57,641 nucleotides of DNA from Chloroflexota bacterium (GTDB lineage Bacteria; Chloroflexota; Dehalococcoidia; GIF9; AB-539-J10). Below, piece by piece: positions 21,023 through 30,219 of this stretch; within the stretch, counting starts at the first letter, position 1; every line of letters starts with the position of its first letter. The notes under the pieces are model-generated. The model was not told the origin of the DNA, did not search any database, and saw only the letters and a program-made list of their open reading frames with translations. The stretch lies in contig JAYENW010000028.1 in the NCBI GenBank assembly GCA_034722275.1, forward strand, positions 1 through 57,641. The letters run 5' to 3'. Both the position numbers and the translations under genes were made by a program.

Positions 21023-22342
21023 ATGAGAACCAAGTACCTCATTATAGGAAATTCGGCTGGTGGCATTGGAGCAGCCGAAGCTATACGAGAGGTGGATAAA
21101 CAAGGCACCATGGTTATTATTTCTGATGAACCTTATCTTGCTTACTCCCGGCCTCTTATCGCTAAGTATCTGGCTGAAGAATACTCGCTAGAGGAGATGT
21201 TATTTCGCCCCGCCGATTTCTATACTCAGAATAATATCACTTCTCTCCTGGGCAGGAGAGTTGAATATCTGAAATTGGAATCTCGAATAGCTGAGCTTAG
21301 CAACAACGAGAACATCAGCTGGGAAAAAGTTCTCCTTGCTAGTGGAGGGGTTCCCATAGTTCCCAGAGTGAAAGGAATCACTAAGAGGGGCGTTTTTACT
21401 TTCACTACTATTGACGATGCTAAAGCAATTGGCGAGTTTCTGGGTAATGCCCAAAAGGCAGTGGTTATTGGTGGTGGGCTCATTGGGATTAGCGCGACTG
21501 AAGCGCTGATAAAGCGAGGGATTGAGGTCACCATAGTCGAGATGAAAGAGAGAATATTGAATACTATTCTCGATAAACAGGCATCTTTAATGGCTGAAAG
21601 AGTTCTCAGGCAAGCTGGCGTTGAAATCATTACCGATCATACTGTGACCGAAATTTGTGGGAGGGAGATAGTTGAGGGTAGCGTTTTAGATAACAATGAA
21701 GTGATTTCCTGCGACTTAGTAATAGTGGCTATTGGGGTATCGCTAAGGACAGAACTTGCAGTAGATGCCGGGATAAGGGTAAACCGTGGTGTGATAACGG
21801 ATCGCCATATGTCAACATCCAATCCAGACGTTTATTCTTGTGGAGACGCAGCAGAGGCTTATGACTTTGTGTATGGCTCAAACTCACTTGCTCCCGTTTG
21901 GCCCAACGCCTACATTGGGGGCAGAATAGCTGGTTATAATATGGCTGGCAACGAAGCTGAATATCCTGGTGGCACAGCTATGAATTCGCTGAACTATTTT
22001 GGGCTTGATATCACTGCGGCGGGCATGGCAACACTACCCAGTGGCAATGGTTACGAGGTTATCACCAAGCAGAAAGGCGATGTCTACCAAAAGGTGGTGT
22101 TGCAGAATAACATCGTGGTGGGGATGATCTTCGTTAAGGACATTGAAAAATCGGGAATAATCTTCGGATTGATGAGGGATAGTATAGATGTGCGAGACTT
22201 CAAACAGTCGCTTTTGGCTGATGATTTCGGGCTAGCATCTCTACCTCAGACATTAAGACAAGGATGGCTGGAGATTCCACCAGGAGCAATTCTCCAGGAG
22301 CCCCTGCCTGTTCAAGGTGAGGAAACCTTTGCTGGTGAGTAA
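21023..22342 (+). CDS. FAD-dependent NAD(P)H oxidoreductase (NirB/Nox-like)
   Basis: IIGNSAGG FAD motif, YSRPL, VIGGGLIG NAD motif and TSNPDVYSCGD. Confidence 0.88.
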   Translation: MRTKYLIIGNSAGGIGAAEAIREVDKQGTMVIISDEPYLAYSRPLIAKYLAEEYSLEEMLFRPADFYTQNNITSLLGRRVEYLKLESRIAELSNNENISWEKVLLASGGVPIVPRVKGITKRGVFTFTTIDDAKAIGEFLGNAQKAVVIGGGLIGISATEALIKRGIEVTIVEMKERILNTILDKQASLMAERVLRQAGVEIITDHTVTEICGREIVEGSVLDNNEVISCDLVIVAIGVSLRTELAVDAGIRVNRGVITDRHMSTSNPDVYSCGDAAEAYDFVYGSNSLAPVWPNAYIGGRIAGYNMAGNEAEYPGGTAMNSLNYFGLDITAAGMATLPSGNGYEVITKQKGDVYQKVVLQNNIVVGMIFVKDIEKSGIIFGLMRDSIDVRDFKQSLLADDFGLASLPQTLRQGWLEIPPGAILQEPLPVQGEETFAGE

Positions 22343-22364
22343 CTGCTTCGGAGCGCTGAGAAGG

Positions 22365-23519
22365 ATGAAATATCTCAACAAAGTAAACAACCCTTACTCT
22401 GATGATAAAGTAATAGATGCCTGCTCCATCTTTGGGATGATGGACACTTCGGGGAAGCGATTCTCGGGGGCGAACATAGTAAGGGCTATTGCTAACATGC
22501 ACGTTCGTGGTAATGGCTTGGGTGGTGGATTTGCCATTTATGGGTTATATCCTGAATATGATGAACTTTATGCTTTTCACATAATGTATCTCAGCTATGA
22601 GGCAAAAGCGCAAGTGGAAACTTTTCTCAGACATAGGTTTCATATGGTTCATGCTGAGGAAGTACCTACAAGATTCACGTCAGTTGTAATAAATCCACCC
22701 TTAATTTGGCGTTACTTCCTTGATGTGAGGAACGGAGAAAGTGAAGGACAATCACAGGACGACTATGTAGTAAACAGAGTTATGGAAATCAATACTAAAG
22801 TTAAAGATGTTTTCGTTTTCTCCAGTGGCAAGAACATGGCGGTGTTCAAAGGAATAGGCTACCCTGAAGAGATAGCTGAGTATTTTTGCTTAGAACAATA
22901 CGAGGGTTACCTGTGGACAGCTCACGGTAGATTTCCTACTAACACTCCTGGTTGGTGGGGTGGAGCGCATCCCTTTAACATCTTGGACTGGACGGTAGTT
23001 CACAATGGTGAGCTCTCTTCTTACGGGATAAATCGGCGCTATCTGGAGCAGTTTGGCTACCACTGTGTCATGCAGACTGACACCGAAGTCATAGCCTATG
23101 CGGTTGATCTGTTAATACGTAAGCACGGGCTCCCCATAGAAATAGTAGCCAAAATATTAGCACCTCCTTTCTGGGACGATATAGAACGTCGTCCAGTAGA
23201 AGAACGAAGACTGCTACGTACTCTCCGCCAGGTGTATGGTAGCCTCCTGTTGAATGGGCCTTTCACTGTAATTATTGCTCATCAAGGAGAGATGATAGGA
23301 CTTACCGACAGGATAAGATTGCGACCCCTTACTGTGGGAACAAAGGGGTCAATACTCTATCTTTCCTCCGAGGAATCAGCAATACGCCTGGTCTGTCCTG
23401 ATATCGACAGAGTGTGGATTCCTATGGGCGGTGAGCCGATTATGGGCAGTTTGAGGAAGCCGCTTGAGGCTACCTTGGCATTGGAAGGAATATCAGGAAG
23501 GCAAATTAATCCATGTTAA
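22365..23519 (+). CDS. Glutamate synthase amidotransferase subunit (GltB1-like, class II GATase)
   Basis: ACSIFG nucleophile, [33 protein letters not shown] and DRIRLRP; ATG 22365 preferred over the ORF-track start. Confidence 0.88.
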   Translation: MKYLNKVNNPYSDDKVIDACSIFGMMDTSGKRFSGANIVRAIANMHVRGNGLGGGFAIYGLYPEYDELYAFHIMYLSYEAKAQVETFLRHRFHMVHAEEVPTRFTSVVINPPLIWRYFLDVRNGESEGQSQDDYVVNRVMEINTKVKDVFVFSSGKNMAVFKGIGYPEEIAEYFCLEQYEGYLWTAHGRFPTNTPGWWGGAHPFNILDWTVVHNGELSSYGINRRYLEQFGYHCVMQTDTEVIAYAVDLLIRKHGLPIEIVAKILAPPFWDDIERRPVEERRLLRTLRQVYGSLLLNGPFTVIIAHQGEMIGLTDRIRLRPLTVGTKGSILYLSSEESAIRLVCPDIDRVWIPMGGEPIMGSLRKPLEATLALEGISGRQINPC

Positions 23520-24283
23520 CCAAAAGAATTATTCCTTGTCTCGATGTTACCCGAGGGCGGGTGGTTAAGGGCACAAGTTTCACCCACCTCCGCGATGCTG
23601 GTGACCCAGTAGAACTTGCTGCATTCTACTATAGGGAAGGGGCTGATGAGTTAGTCTTTTTGGATATCGGTGCTACGCCTGAGGGGCGTGATACCATGGT
23701 TGATGTTATTGATCGTGTGTCGGAACAGGTTTTTATACCCCTCACTGTTGGTGGTGGGTTGCGCAGCATCAATGACATGAGGCGTGTATTGGAGGCAGGA
23801 GCTGACAAGATATCCATTAACACCGCTGCTGTGCAAAATCCCGAACTCATCACTGAAGGAGCAGAGAAATTTGGAAGCCAATGCATTGTGGTGGCTATTG
23901 ATGCCAAGAGAGTAAATGACATGGGTAATCTCAAGTGGGAAATCTGCATCTATGGAGGACGAAAACCAATTGGGATTGATGCTATCGGGTGGGCAAAACA
24001 AACTGTCGACTTGGGTGCCGGGGAACTACTCCTTACCAGTTGGGACGCCGATGGCCAGCGCGCCGGATATGACCTGGAGCTGACACGCATTATTAGTGAA
24101 GCAGTGACCGTGCCTGTCATTGCCAGTGGTGGTGCTGGCACTCTCGAACATCTCTATGAGGCGCTGGCTAATGGCAAAGCTGATGCTGTTCTTGCTGCCA
24201 GTATCTTTCACTATCAAGTTTATTCCATTCGTCAGGTAAAAGATTACTTAGCGGAAAGAGGGATACCTATAAGGAAGGGATAA
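23513..24283 (+). CDS. hisF: Imidazole glycerol phosphate synthase cyclase subunit, copy 2
   Basis: [51 protein letters not shown] and LAASIFH; overlaps the GltB1 stop. Confidence 0.95.
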   Translation: MLTKRIIPCLDVTRGRVVKGTSFTHLRDAGDPVELAAFYYREGADELVFLDIGATPEGRDTMVDVIDRVSEQVFIPLTVGGGLRSINDMRRVLEAGADKISINTAAVQNPELITEGAEKFGSQCIVVAIDAKRVNDMGNLKWEICIYGGRKPIGIDAIGWAKQTVDLGAGELLLTSWDADGQRAGYDLELTRIISEAVTVPVIASGGAGTLEHLYEALANGKADAVLAASIFHYQVYSIRQVKDYLAERGIPIRKG

Positions 24284-24284
24284 A

Positions 24285-25790
24285 ATGAAGACTTATCTAC
24301 TGCCAAGGTTCATAGTGGAACGGGATGCATCTCGGTGCATTCAATGCCAAGTGTGTGTTAATCAGTGCACCTTTGATGTGCATCACTATGATGCTGAGGA
24401 TGATGAAGTGATAAGCCACGAGGAGAATTGTGTTGGCTGCCACCGATGCATGGTCTTTTGCCCTACTGGTGCTTTGACCGTGAGAAAAAATCCACTGGAC
24501 TATCGAGAAAACTACAACTGGCGTCCTGAAGTTATTGAAGATATCATCAAACAAGCGGAGACGGGTGGAATTCTTCTTACGGGGATGGGTAATGACAAGG
24601 GCTATCCCATTTATTGGGATCGTCTGGTTCTTAATGCTAGTCAAGTAACCAACCCCTCTATTGACCCACTACGCGAGCCGATGGAGATAACCACCTATTT
24701 AGGTCGGAAGCCTGATAGGGTAGAACTTGAGCCTGGTCTGCAGAGTCTCAAGGCAGAGTCAGCTCCTCAAGTCAAGCTTGAAGCTCCTGTAATGTTCGCA
24801 GCTATGTCCTATGGCGCTGTGAGCCTCAATGTGCATGAATCCTTGGCTAGGGCTGCTACAGAGATGGGGACGTTATGGGACACAGGCGAAGGAGGACTTC
24901 ATCCCAAGCTTTATGAGTATGGAAACAATACCATAGCCCAAGTAGCTTCGGGGCGATTTGGTGTTCATCACAAATACCTTGATGTCGCTAAGGTAATCGA
25001 AATTAAGATTGGTCAAGGGGCGAAGCCTGGCATTGGTGGACACCTCCCCGGCGAGAAAGTAAGTGCTGAAGTATCTATGACGCGCATGATTCCACAAGGG
25101 ACAGATGCTTTGTCTCCAGCGCCGCAGCATGATATCTACTCTATTGAGGACCTGACTCAGCTTATCTATGCCTTAAAGGAAGTGACAAATTATATCAAGC
25201 CGGTAGCAGTAAAGATAGCTGCTGTCCACAATTCTGCGGCTATTGCCAGCGGTATAGTGCGAGTGGGAGCTGACATTATAGTTCTCGATGGGTTACGGGG
25301 AGCAACAGGAGCAGCGCCCAAGATTATTCGTGACAATGTGGGCATTCCTATCGAGCTGGCGCTGGCCTCAGTGGATAACCGCTTGAGGCAGGAAGGCATC
25401 CGCAACCAAGCTTCTATTGTAGTTTCCGGAGGGATTAGAAACAGCGGTGATGTGGTCAAGGCAATTGCCCTTGGTGCTGACGCCGTCTATATTGGAACAG
25501 CGGCCCTCGTTGCTTTGGGGTGTCATGTTTGTCAGCAGTGCCACACGGGCAAGTGTCCTTGGGGTATTTGTACTACAGACCCATTTCTAACTAAAAGAAT
25601 CAATCCTGATATTGGAACCAGGCGGTTATGCAATCTTCTTCACGGCTGGAGTCTGGAGATCAAGGATATGTTGGGTGGGATGGGTATCAATGCCATGGAG
25701 AGTCTGCGCGGCAATCGCTTGCATTTGAGGGGTGTTGGGCTTACCGACACTGAGCTCGAAATTCTGGGAGTAAAAATGGCAGGAACTTAG
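24285..25790 (+). CDS. Glutamate synthase FMN subunit with N-terminal 2x[4Fe-4S] (GltB2-like)
   Basis: CIQCQVCVNQC and CVGCHRCMVFCP, AMSYGA, TGEGG, QVASGRFG, EIKIGQGAKPGIGGHLPGEKV, HDIYSIEDL and CHVCQQCHTGKC. Confidence 0.93.
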   Translation: MKTYLLPRFIVERDASRCIQCQVCVNQCTFDVHHYDAEDDEVISHEENCVGCHRCMVFCPTGALTVRKNPLDYRENYNWRPEVIEDIIKQAETGGILLTGMGNDKGYPIYWDRLVLNASQVTNPSIDPLREPMEITTYLGRKPDRVELEPGLQSLKAESAPQVKLEAPVMFAAMSYGAVSLNVHESLARAATEMGTLWDTGEGGLHPKLYEYGNNTIAQVASGRFGVHHKYLDVAKVIEIKIGQGAKPGIGGHLPGEKVSAEVSMTRMIPQGTDALSPAPQHDIYSIEDLTQLIYALKEVTNYIKPVAVKIAAVHNSAAIASGIVRVGADIIVLDGLRGATGAAPKIIRDNVGIPIELALASVDNRLRQEGIRNQASIVVSGGIRNSGDVVKAIALGADAVYIGTAALVALGCHVCQQCHTGKCPWGICTTDPFLTKRINPDIGTRRLCNLLHGWSLEIKDMLGGMGINAMESLRGNRLHLRGVGLTDTELEILGVKMAGT

Positions 25791-25792
25791 AA

Positions 25793-26559
25793 ATGAAGGA
25801 TGCTAAAAACAAGCCAAACCCAACAGTAAAAATAAACGCTAGTGGGATCCCTACCAGAGAACTCAATACTGAGTTAAAAAAATGGCGTCTAACGGCACTG
25901 AGAGGATTGAACTTTTTAACGTCTATGGACAGAGATATCTTGGTACTGACCTTGATAAAGCAGTTCAGATCGATATCTACGGCACTCCAGGTAATGACCT
26001 TGGGGCATTTATGGATGGCCCCCGAATCATCATTCATGGTAATGCGCAGGATGGCTGTGGGAATACCATGAATAGCGGAGAGATAATTGTTCATGGCCAT
26101 GCTGGAGATATCATTGGTTTATCAACTAGAGGAGGCAAGATTTTCGTTAAAGAGGACATTGGCTACCGTGCCGGCATCCATATGAAGGAATACCAGGGCA
26201 AGAAGCCGATAGTGGTTATCGGTGGTACAGCTCAGGACTTCTTGGGTGAATATATGGCTGGTGGGGTTTTAATTTTGCTTGGGCTCAATTTGAAAGAAGG
26301 GGAGCATCAGCATGCTAACTTCATTGGTACTGGTATGCATGGTGGCGTCATCTATCTAAGGGGGGATATTCGGGATTATCAATTGGGCAGGGAGGTGGGC
26401 GTTGCCGAATTAAATGATAGTGACCATTTAATTCTCAAAGAGCTGGTAGGACAATTTGCCTCCTATTTTGGCTATGATGCTGATGAATTATTACAACACA
26501 AGTTTAATAAACTGTTCCCACTTTATCTCCAGCCCTATGGAAGGCTTTACACTTATTAG
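25793..26559 (+). CDS. Glutamate synthase GXGXG subunit (GltB3-like), split by a -1 frameshift in the A7 run at 25876-25882
   Basis: The N-terminus (INASGIPTRELNTELKK) joins MASNGTERIELFNVYGQRYLG...GTPGNDLGAFMDG...GNAQDGCGNTM...GEYMAGG if one A is added. Confidence 0.85.
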
Positions 26560-26683
26560 GAAGAATGGGTTATGATTAGTAATGATAGTGGTAATTGAAA
26601 AGTGAACTAACGCATTGACTTCTACTTGATTTGCGGTCTAATGGGAAGCAAATGATAGAAATGAAAAGGAGGATCAGATAAGA

Positions 26684-28018
26684 ATGAAAGGAAAAGATGA
26701 GGCCAAGGAGTACATCCTCAAATTAACTAAAGAACAGGATGTCAAATTTATCAGGCTGTGGTTTACGGATATACTTGGTTTTCTGAAAAGTTTTTCCATT
26801 ACTGTGGCAGAACTGGAAGGTGCTTTGGAAGATGGTATGGGCTTTGATGGCTCTTCTATCGAAGGTTTTGCTAGAATCGACGAAAGCGATATGCTAGTCA
26901 TGCCCGACCCTGATACCTTCCAGCTAATTCCCTGGAACTCTAAAGAACAAGCTGTGGCTAGAATGTTTTGCGACATCTTGAGACCTGGGGGTGAACCATT
27001 TGAAGGTGACCCCAGATATATTCTGAAAAAGAATCTTAAACGAGCTGCCGATATGGGCTACACTTTCTGCACAGGTCCAGAGTTAGAATACTTTTATTTC
27101 CAGGATTCTAGAGAAACCAAAGCTTTGGATGAAGGAGGATACTTTGATATGACCCCTCTGGATGCGGCTACTGACCTTAGAAGGGAAGTGGTTCTTATTC
27201 TAGAGCAAATGGGTATTGCTGTGGAATATGCTCATCATGAAGTTGCTGCTAGCCAGCATGAGATTGATATGAGATATACCGATGCCTTGACTATGGCTGA
27301 TAATGTGATGACCTATCGGCTAGTGGTCAAGCGAATGGCGCTAAATCATGGAGTTTACGCTACATTCATGCCCAAACCTGTTTTTGGCATAAATGGCAGT
27401 GGTATGCATGTTCACATGTCGCTATTCCACGGGGATAGAAATGCTTTTTTTGATAAAAATGATGGTTACTATCTTTCTAAGCTAGCCAAAAGCTTTGTAG
27501 CTGGTTTGCTTAAACATGCCCCGGAAATTACTTCTGTTGCCAATCAATGGGTTAATTCATATAAACGATTAGTTGCAGGATACGAAGCTCCGGTTTATCT
27601 TTCCTGGGCACGCAGGAACCGGGCTGATTTGATACGGGTCCCAGAATATCAACCGGGCAAAGAAAAATCTACTCGAATAGAATTCAGATCTCCTGACCCC
27701 GCTTGCAACCCTTATCTTGTCTTCAGCGTGCTGCTGGCTGCTGGCTTAGAGGGAATTGAGAAGGAATATCAGGTGCCCGAACCTGTGGAGAAGAATGTAT
27801 GCGAGATGACAGATGAGGAAAGGAAGGAAAGAGGTATAGGAACTTTGCCTAGCAACCTATGGGAAGCTATCCAATTGACTGAGAAAAGTGAACTGGTGCA
27901 CAAAGCTCTTGGTGACCATGTGTTTCATGCTTTCATTAAGAATAAAAAAATTGAGTGGGACCAATACCGTGTGCAAGTCAGCGATTATGAACTTAAAAGA
28001 TATTTGCCTATTCTATAG
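26684..28018 (+). CDS. glnA: Glutamine synthetase type I-alpha
   Basis: FDGSSIEGF, GPELEYF, HHEVA..QHEI, FMPKP..GINGSGMH, NSYKRLV.GYEAP and RIEFRSPDPACNPY; AAGGAGG RBS. Confidence 0.97.
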   Translation: MKGKDEAKEYILKLTKEQDVKFIRLWFTDILGFLKSFSITVAELEGALEDGMGFDGSSIEGFARIDESDMLVMPDPDTFQLIPWNSKEQAVARMFCDILRPGGEPFEGDPRYILKKNLKRAADMGYTFCTGPELEYFYFQDSRETKALDEGGYFDMTPLDAATDLRREVVLILEQMGIAVEYAHHEVAASQHEIDMRYTDALTMADNVMTYRLVVKRMALNHGVYATFMPKPVFGINGSGMHVHMSLFHGDRNAFFDKNDGYYLSKLAKSFVAGLLKHAPEITSVANQWVNSYKRLVAGYEAPVYLSWARRNRADLIRVPEYQPGKEKSTRIEFRSPDPACNPYLVFSVLLAAGLEGIEKEYQVPEPVEKNVCEMTDEERKERGIGTLPSNLWEAIQLTEKSELVHKALGDHVFHAFIKNKKIEWDQYRVQVSDYELKRYLPIL

Positions 28019-28650
28019 CTTGATGGGGAGGATAAGGCCATTTATTAATAAGTAGTTTCTATTGCCCTTTCCTTTTGCAAGGTTAGTTTCTAGTTTTCCT
28101 TGCCATGCTTAAGCCTCCAAGTTTGCACTCAACTATAATAATAGTTTAGCCTACCGGGTCAGTTTTATTGAGAAAACTGATCAAACTCTCGTGCAGAGCT
28201 GTTGTTCGATTACCAATATGATAAACTACCTCCTTGGTATTTTTAGAGAACAGCGAACTGTTACTATTTAGAAGTCCCAGCAACCTGGCTTATCCTGTGA
28301 CCCTGGATTCTGGAGAAACACGGAGAAGAGTAATTCCTGACCTGTTCAAAACAGGGGTAGATTTATTTAGTATCCTATGATTCTTGTTGGTTCTGATGTC
28401 GTAATCATAAAGAAGTTTGGGGCTCTTTCTCATATCGATTCTGATATTATCTGCCTTCGCTCCACTTTTGAATGGCTGAGCCTCAAAGCCAGATTCTTTA
28501 AAGCTCTCCACAAGCCCAGTACAAGAGTAAGAACTAGCGTTTTTGATTGCTGAGTGGGATAAAGTCTATTAGTAAAACAAAGGAGGTGCAAGAACGAAGA
28601 AAATAGAGAGTGTAAATCTAACCCATAAATAGGAAGGAGGTAACTAAAAA

Positions 28651-29514
28651 GTGGCATTTAACCCACCTCAAAAAATGACCTTGATGGCAGGGAATGCTGG
28701 AGTCTATAAGTCGAAACTTCCGGTATTTCAATTACTTCTCCGTGGTTTCATGGCTGGTGCCTACATAGCCATTGGTGCGGGCTTGTGCACTGTGTGTAGC
28801 ACTGGTTTTTCAGGTGGCGCTCAGAGCCTTGTCGGAGGATCAGTATTCCCTGTAGGCCTGATCGCGATAGTAATAACAGGTGCGGAACTATTTACTGGAG
28901 ATTGCATGCTGGTTCCAATGGCAGCCATGATGAAAAAGGCTAGTTGGGCTAATGTTTTAAGGGTCTGGTTCTGGGTTTATGTAGGTAACCTTATAGGTTC
29001 TGTTTTTTATGCCTACCTTATGGCTGTAGGCCCGTTTGTAGCTGGTTCAGCAGCAGGTTTGGGAGTAAACGATTTTGGGATACGCGCAGTGAATATTGCT
29101 GTTGCGAAGACACTCACGTATAAATCTGCTGGTGCAGTTGGTTTGTGGTCCTGCTTCTGGAAGGGCATAGGGTGTAACTTCCTAGTCAACATAGCTATAA
29201 TGATGGCTCTCTGCGCTGATAATGTAGCCGGTAAGTTCTTTGGTATCTGGTTCCCTATCATGGCGTTTGTTTCTTCCGGGTTTGAGCACTGTGTTGCTAA
29301 CATGTATTTTCTGCCTGCAGGAATGTTGTTGATACACGGGCACCCCGAGGTGATTAACCTCAACTCTTTACTTGCTCACTATGGTGGTATCAGCTTGGGT
29401 GATATGTGGTTCTGGAATGAGTTGCCTGCTACGTTGGGAAACATAGTTGGAGGCTTTTTGTTCGTGGGATGCTTTTACTTCTATGCTTTTAGAAAGGAAT
29501 TGCCGTCTGAGTAA
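28651..29514 (+). CDS. Formate/nitrite transporter (FNT) family channel, FdhC-like
   Basis: GFMAGAYIA, FPVGL, GAELFTG, VYVGNLIGS, KGIGCNFLVN, GFEHCVANM and TLGNIVGG; GTG start after AAGGAGGT. Confidence 0.93.
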   Translation: MAFNPPQKMTLMAGNAGVYKSKLPVFQLLLRGFMAGAYIAIGAGLCTVCSTGFSGGAQSLVGGSVFPVGLIAIVITGAELFTGDCMLVPMAAMMKKASWANVLRVWFWVYVGNLIGSVFYAYLMAVGPFVAGSAAGLGVNDFGIRAVNIAVAKTLTYKSAGAVGLWSCFWKGIGCNFLVNIAIMMALCADNVAGKFFGIWFPIMAFVSSGFEHCVANMYFLPAGMLLIHGHPEVINLNSLLAHYGGISLGDMWFWNELPATLGNIVGGFLFVGCFYFYAFRKELPSE

Positions 29515-29515
29515 A

Positions 29516-30019
29516 ATGTCAAAGCTAAGACTTCCGGGAATGTCCTTAATAGCATGGGTAGCTTTCACCATAGGCGTGGTAATAGTTATTCTTAGCTTCG
29601 CTCACAGTAAAGACTACCAATTACTAGCTATAGCTATTCCTATGCTTGCTGCCTTGGTTATCATTCCCATGGTCTTGACGAGAATGAGCCAGAATGCTTA
29701 TTCTGATGCTACGCTACTCTACAAGAAAAAGGCAAAGTTACAGAAGATATCGGATATTAACCTGAGTAAAGTTGGAGAAGCTGTAAAAGTCAGAGGCATA
29801 ATAAAGAATGTATCTATGAGATGGCTTAACCGTCCTCGCTTGACTATAGATGATAATACCGGAATGATATCTGCTGTCTTGTTTACTGCTGCCTCGGAAA
29901 AGTTGATGGTTGGCGAGCAGGTAGAAGTTCTAGGGCTGGTGATGAGAGGGTTTATTCACCGTAGGAGTCTGTCTATCTCTACGGTTGGTATTAAAAAATT
30001 AGAAACCCTGAGCGAGTAA
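29516..30019 (+). CDS. Membrane protein with two TM helices and a C-terminal OB-fold-like domain
   Basis: Two hydrophobic segments, then VKVRGII...LTIDDNTGMI...GEQVEVLG (OB-fold pattern); ATG 1 nt after the FNT stop. Confidence 0.75.
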   Translation: MSKLRLPGMSLIAWVAFTIGVVIVILSFAHSKDYQLLAIAIPMLAALVIIPMVLTRMSQNAYSDATLLYKKKAKLQKISDINLSKVGEAVKVRGIIKNVSMRWLNRPRLTIDDNTGMISAVLFTAASEKLMVGEQVEVLGLVMRGFIHRRSLSISTVGIKKLETLSE

Positions 30020-30038
30020 CGTTTTAAAGGAGGAAAAT

Positions 30039-30200
30039 TTGAAAAGAGGCGAGGGTGAATTTCTGATTGGGATGGTGTTAATGCTTGTGAGTCCTTGGAT
30101 TGGTGGTGCAGTTGGGAATTTATTATGCCCGGCAACTGTGGTACTGTGTATTATAGGAATTCTGCTCATACTAAGCGCAGCTTTTGATACAGGTGTGTGA
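30039..30200 (+). CDS. Small 53-aa two-TM membrane protein (absent from the ORF track)
   Basis: AAAGGAGG RBS then TTG: MKRGEGEFLIGMVLMLVSPWIGGAVGNLLCPATVVLCIIGILLILSAAFDTGV*; fills the gap before fdhA. Confidence 0.65.
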   Translation: MKRGEGEFLIGMVLMLVSPWIGGAVGNLLCPATVVLCIIGILLILSAAFDTGV

Positions 30201-30219
30201 CTCCAAAAAAAGGGGGAAT

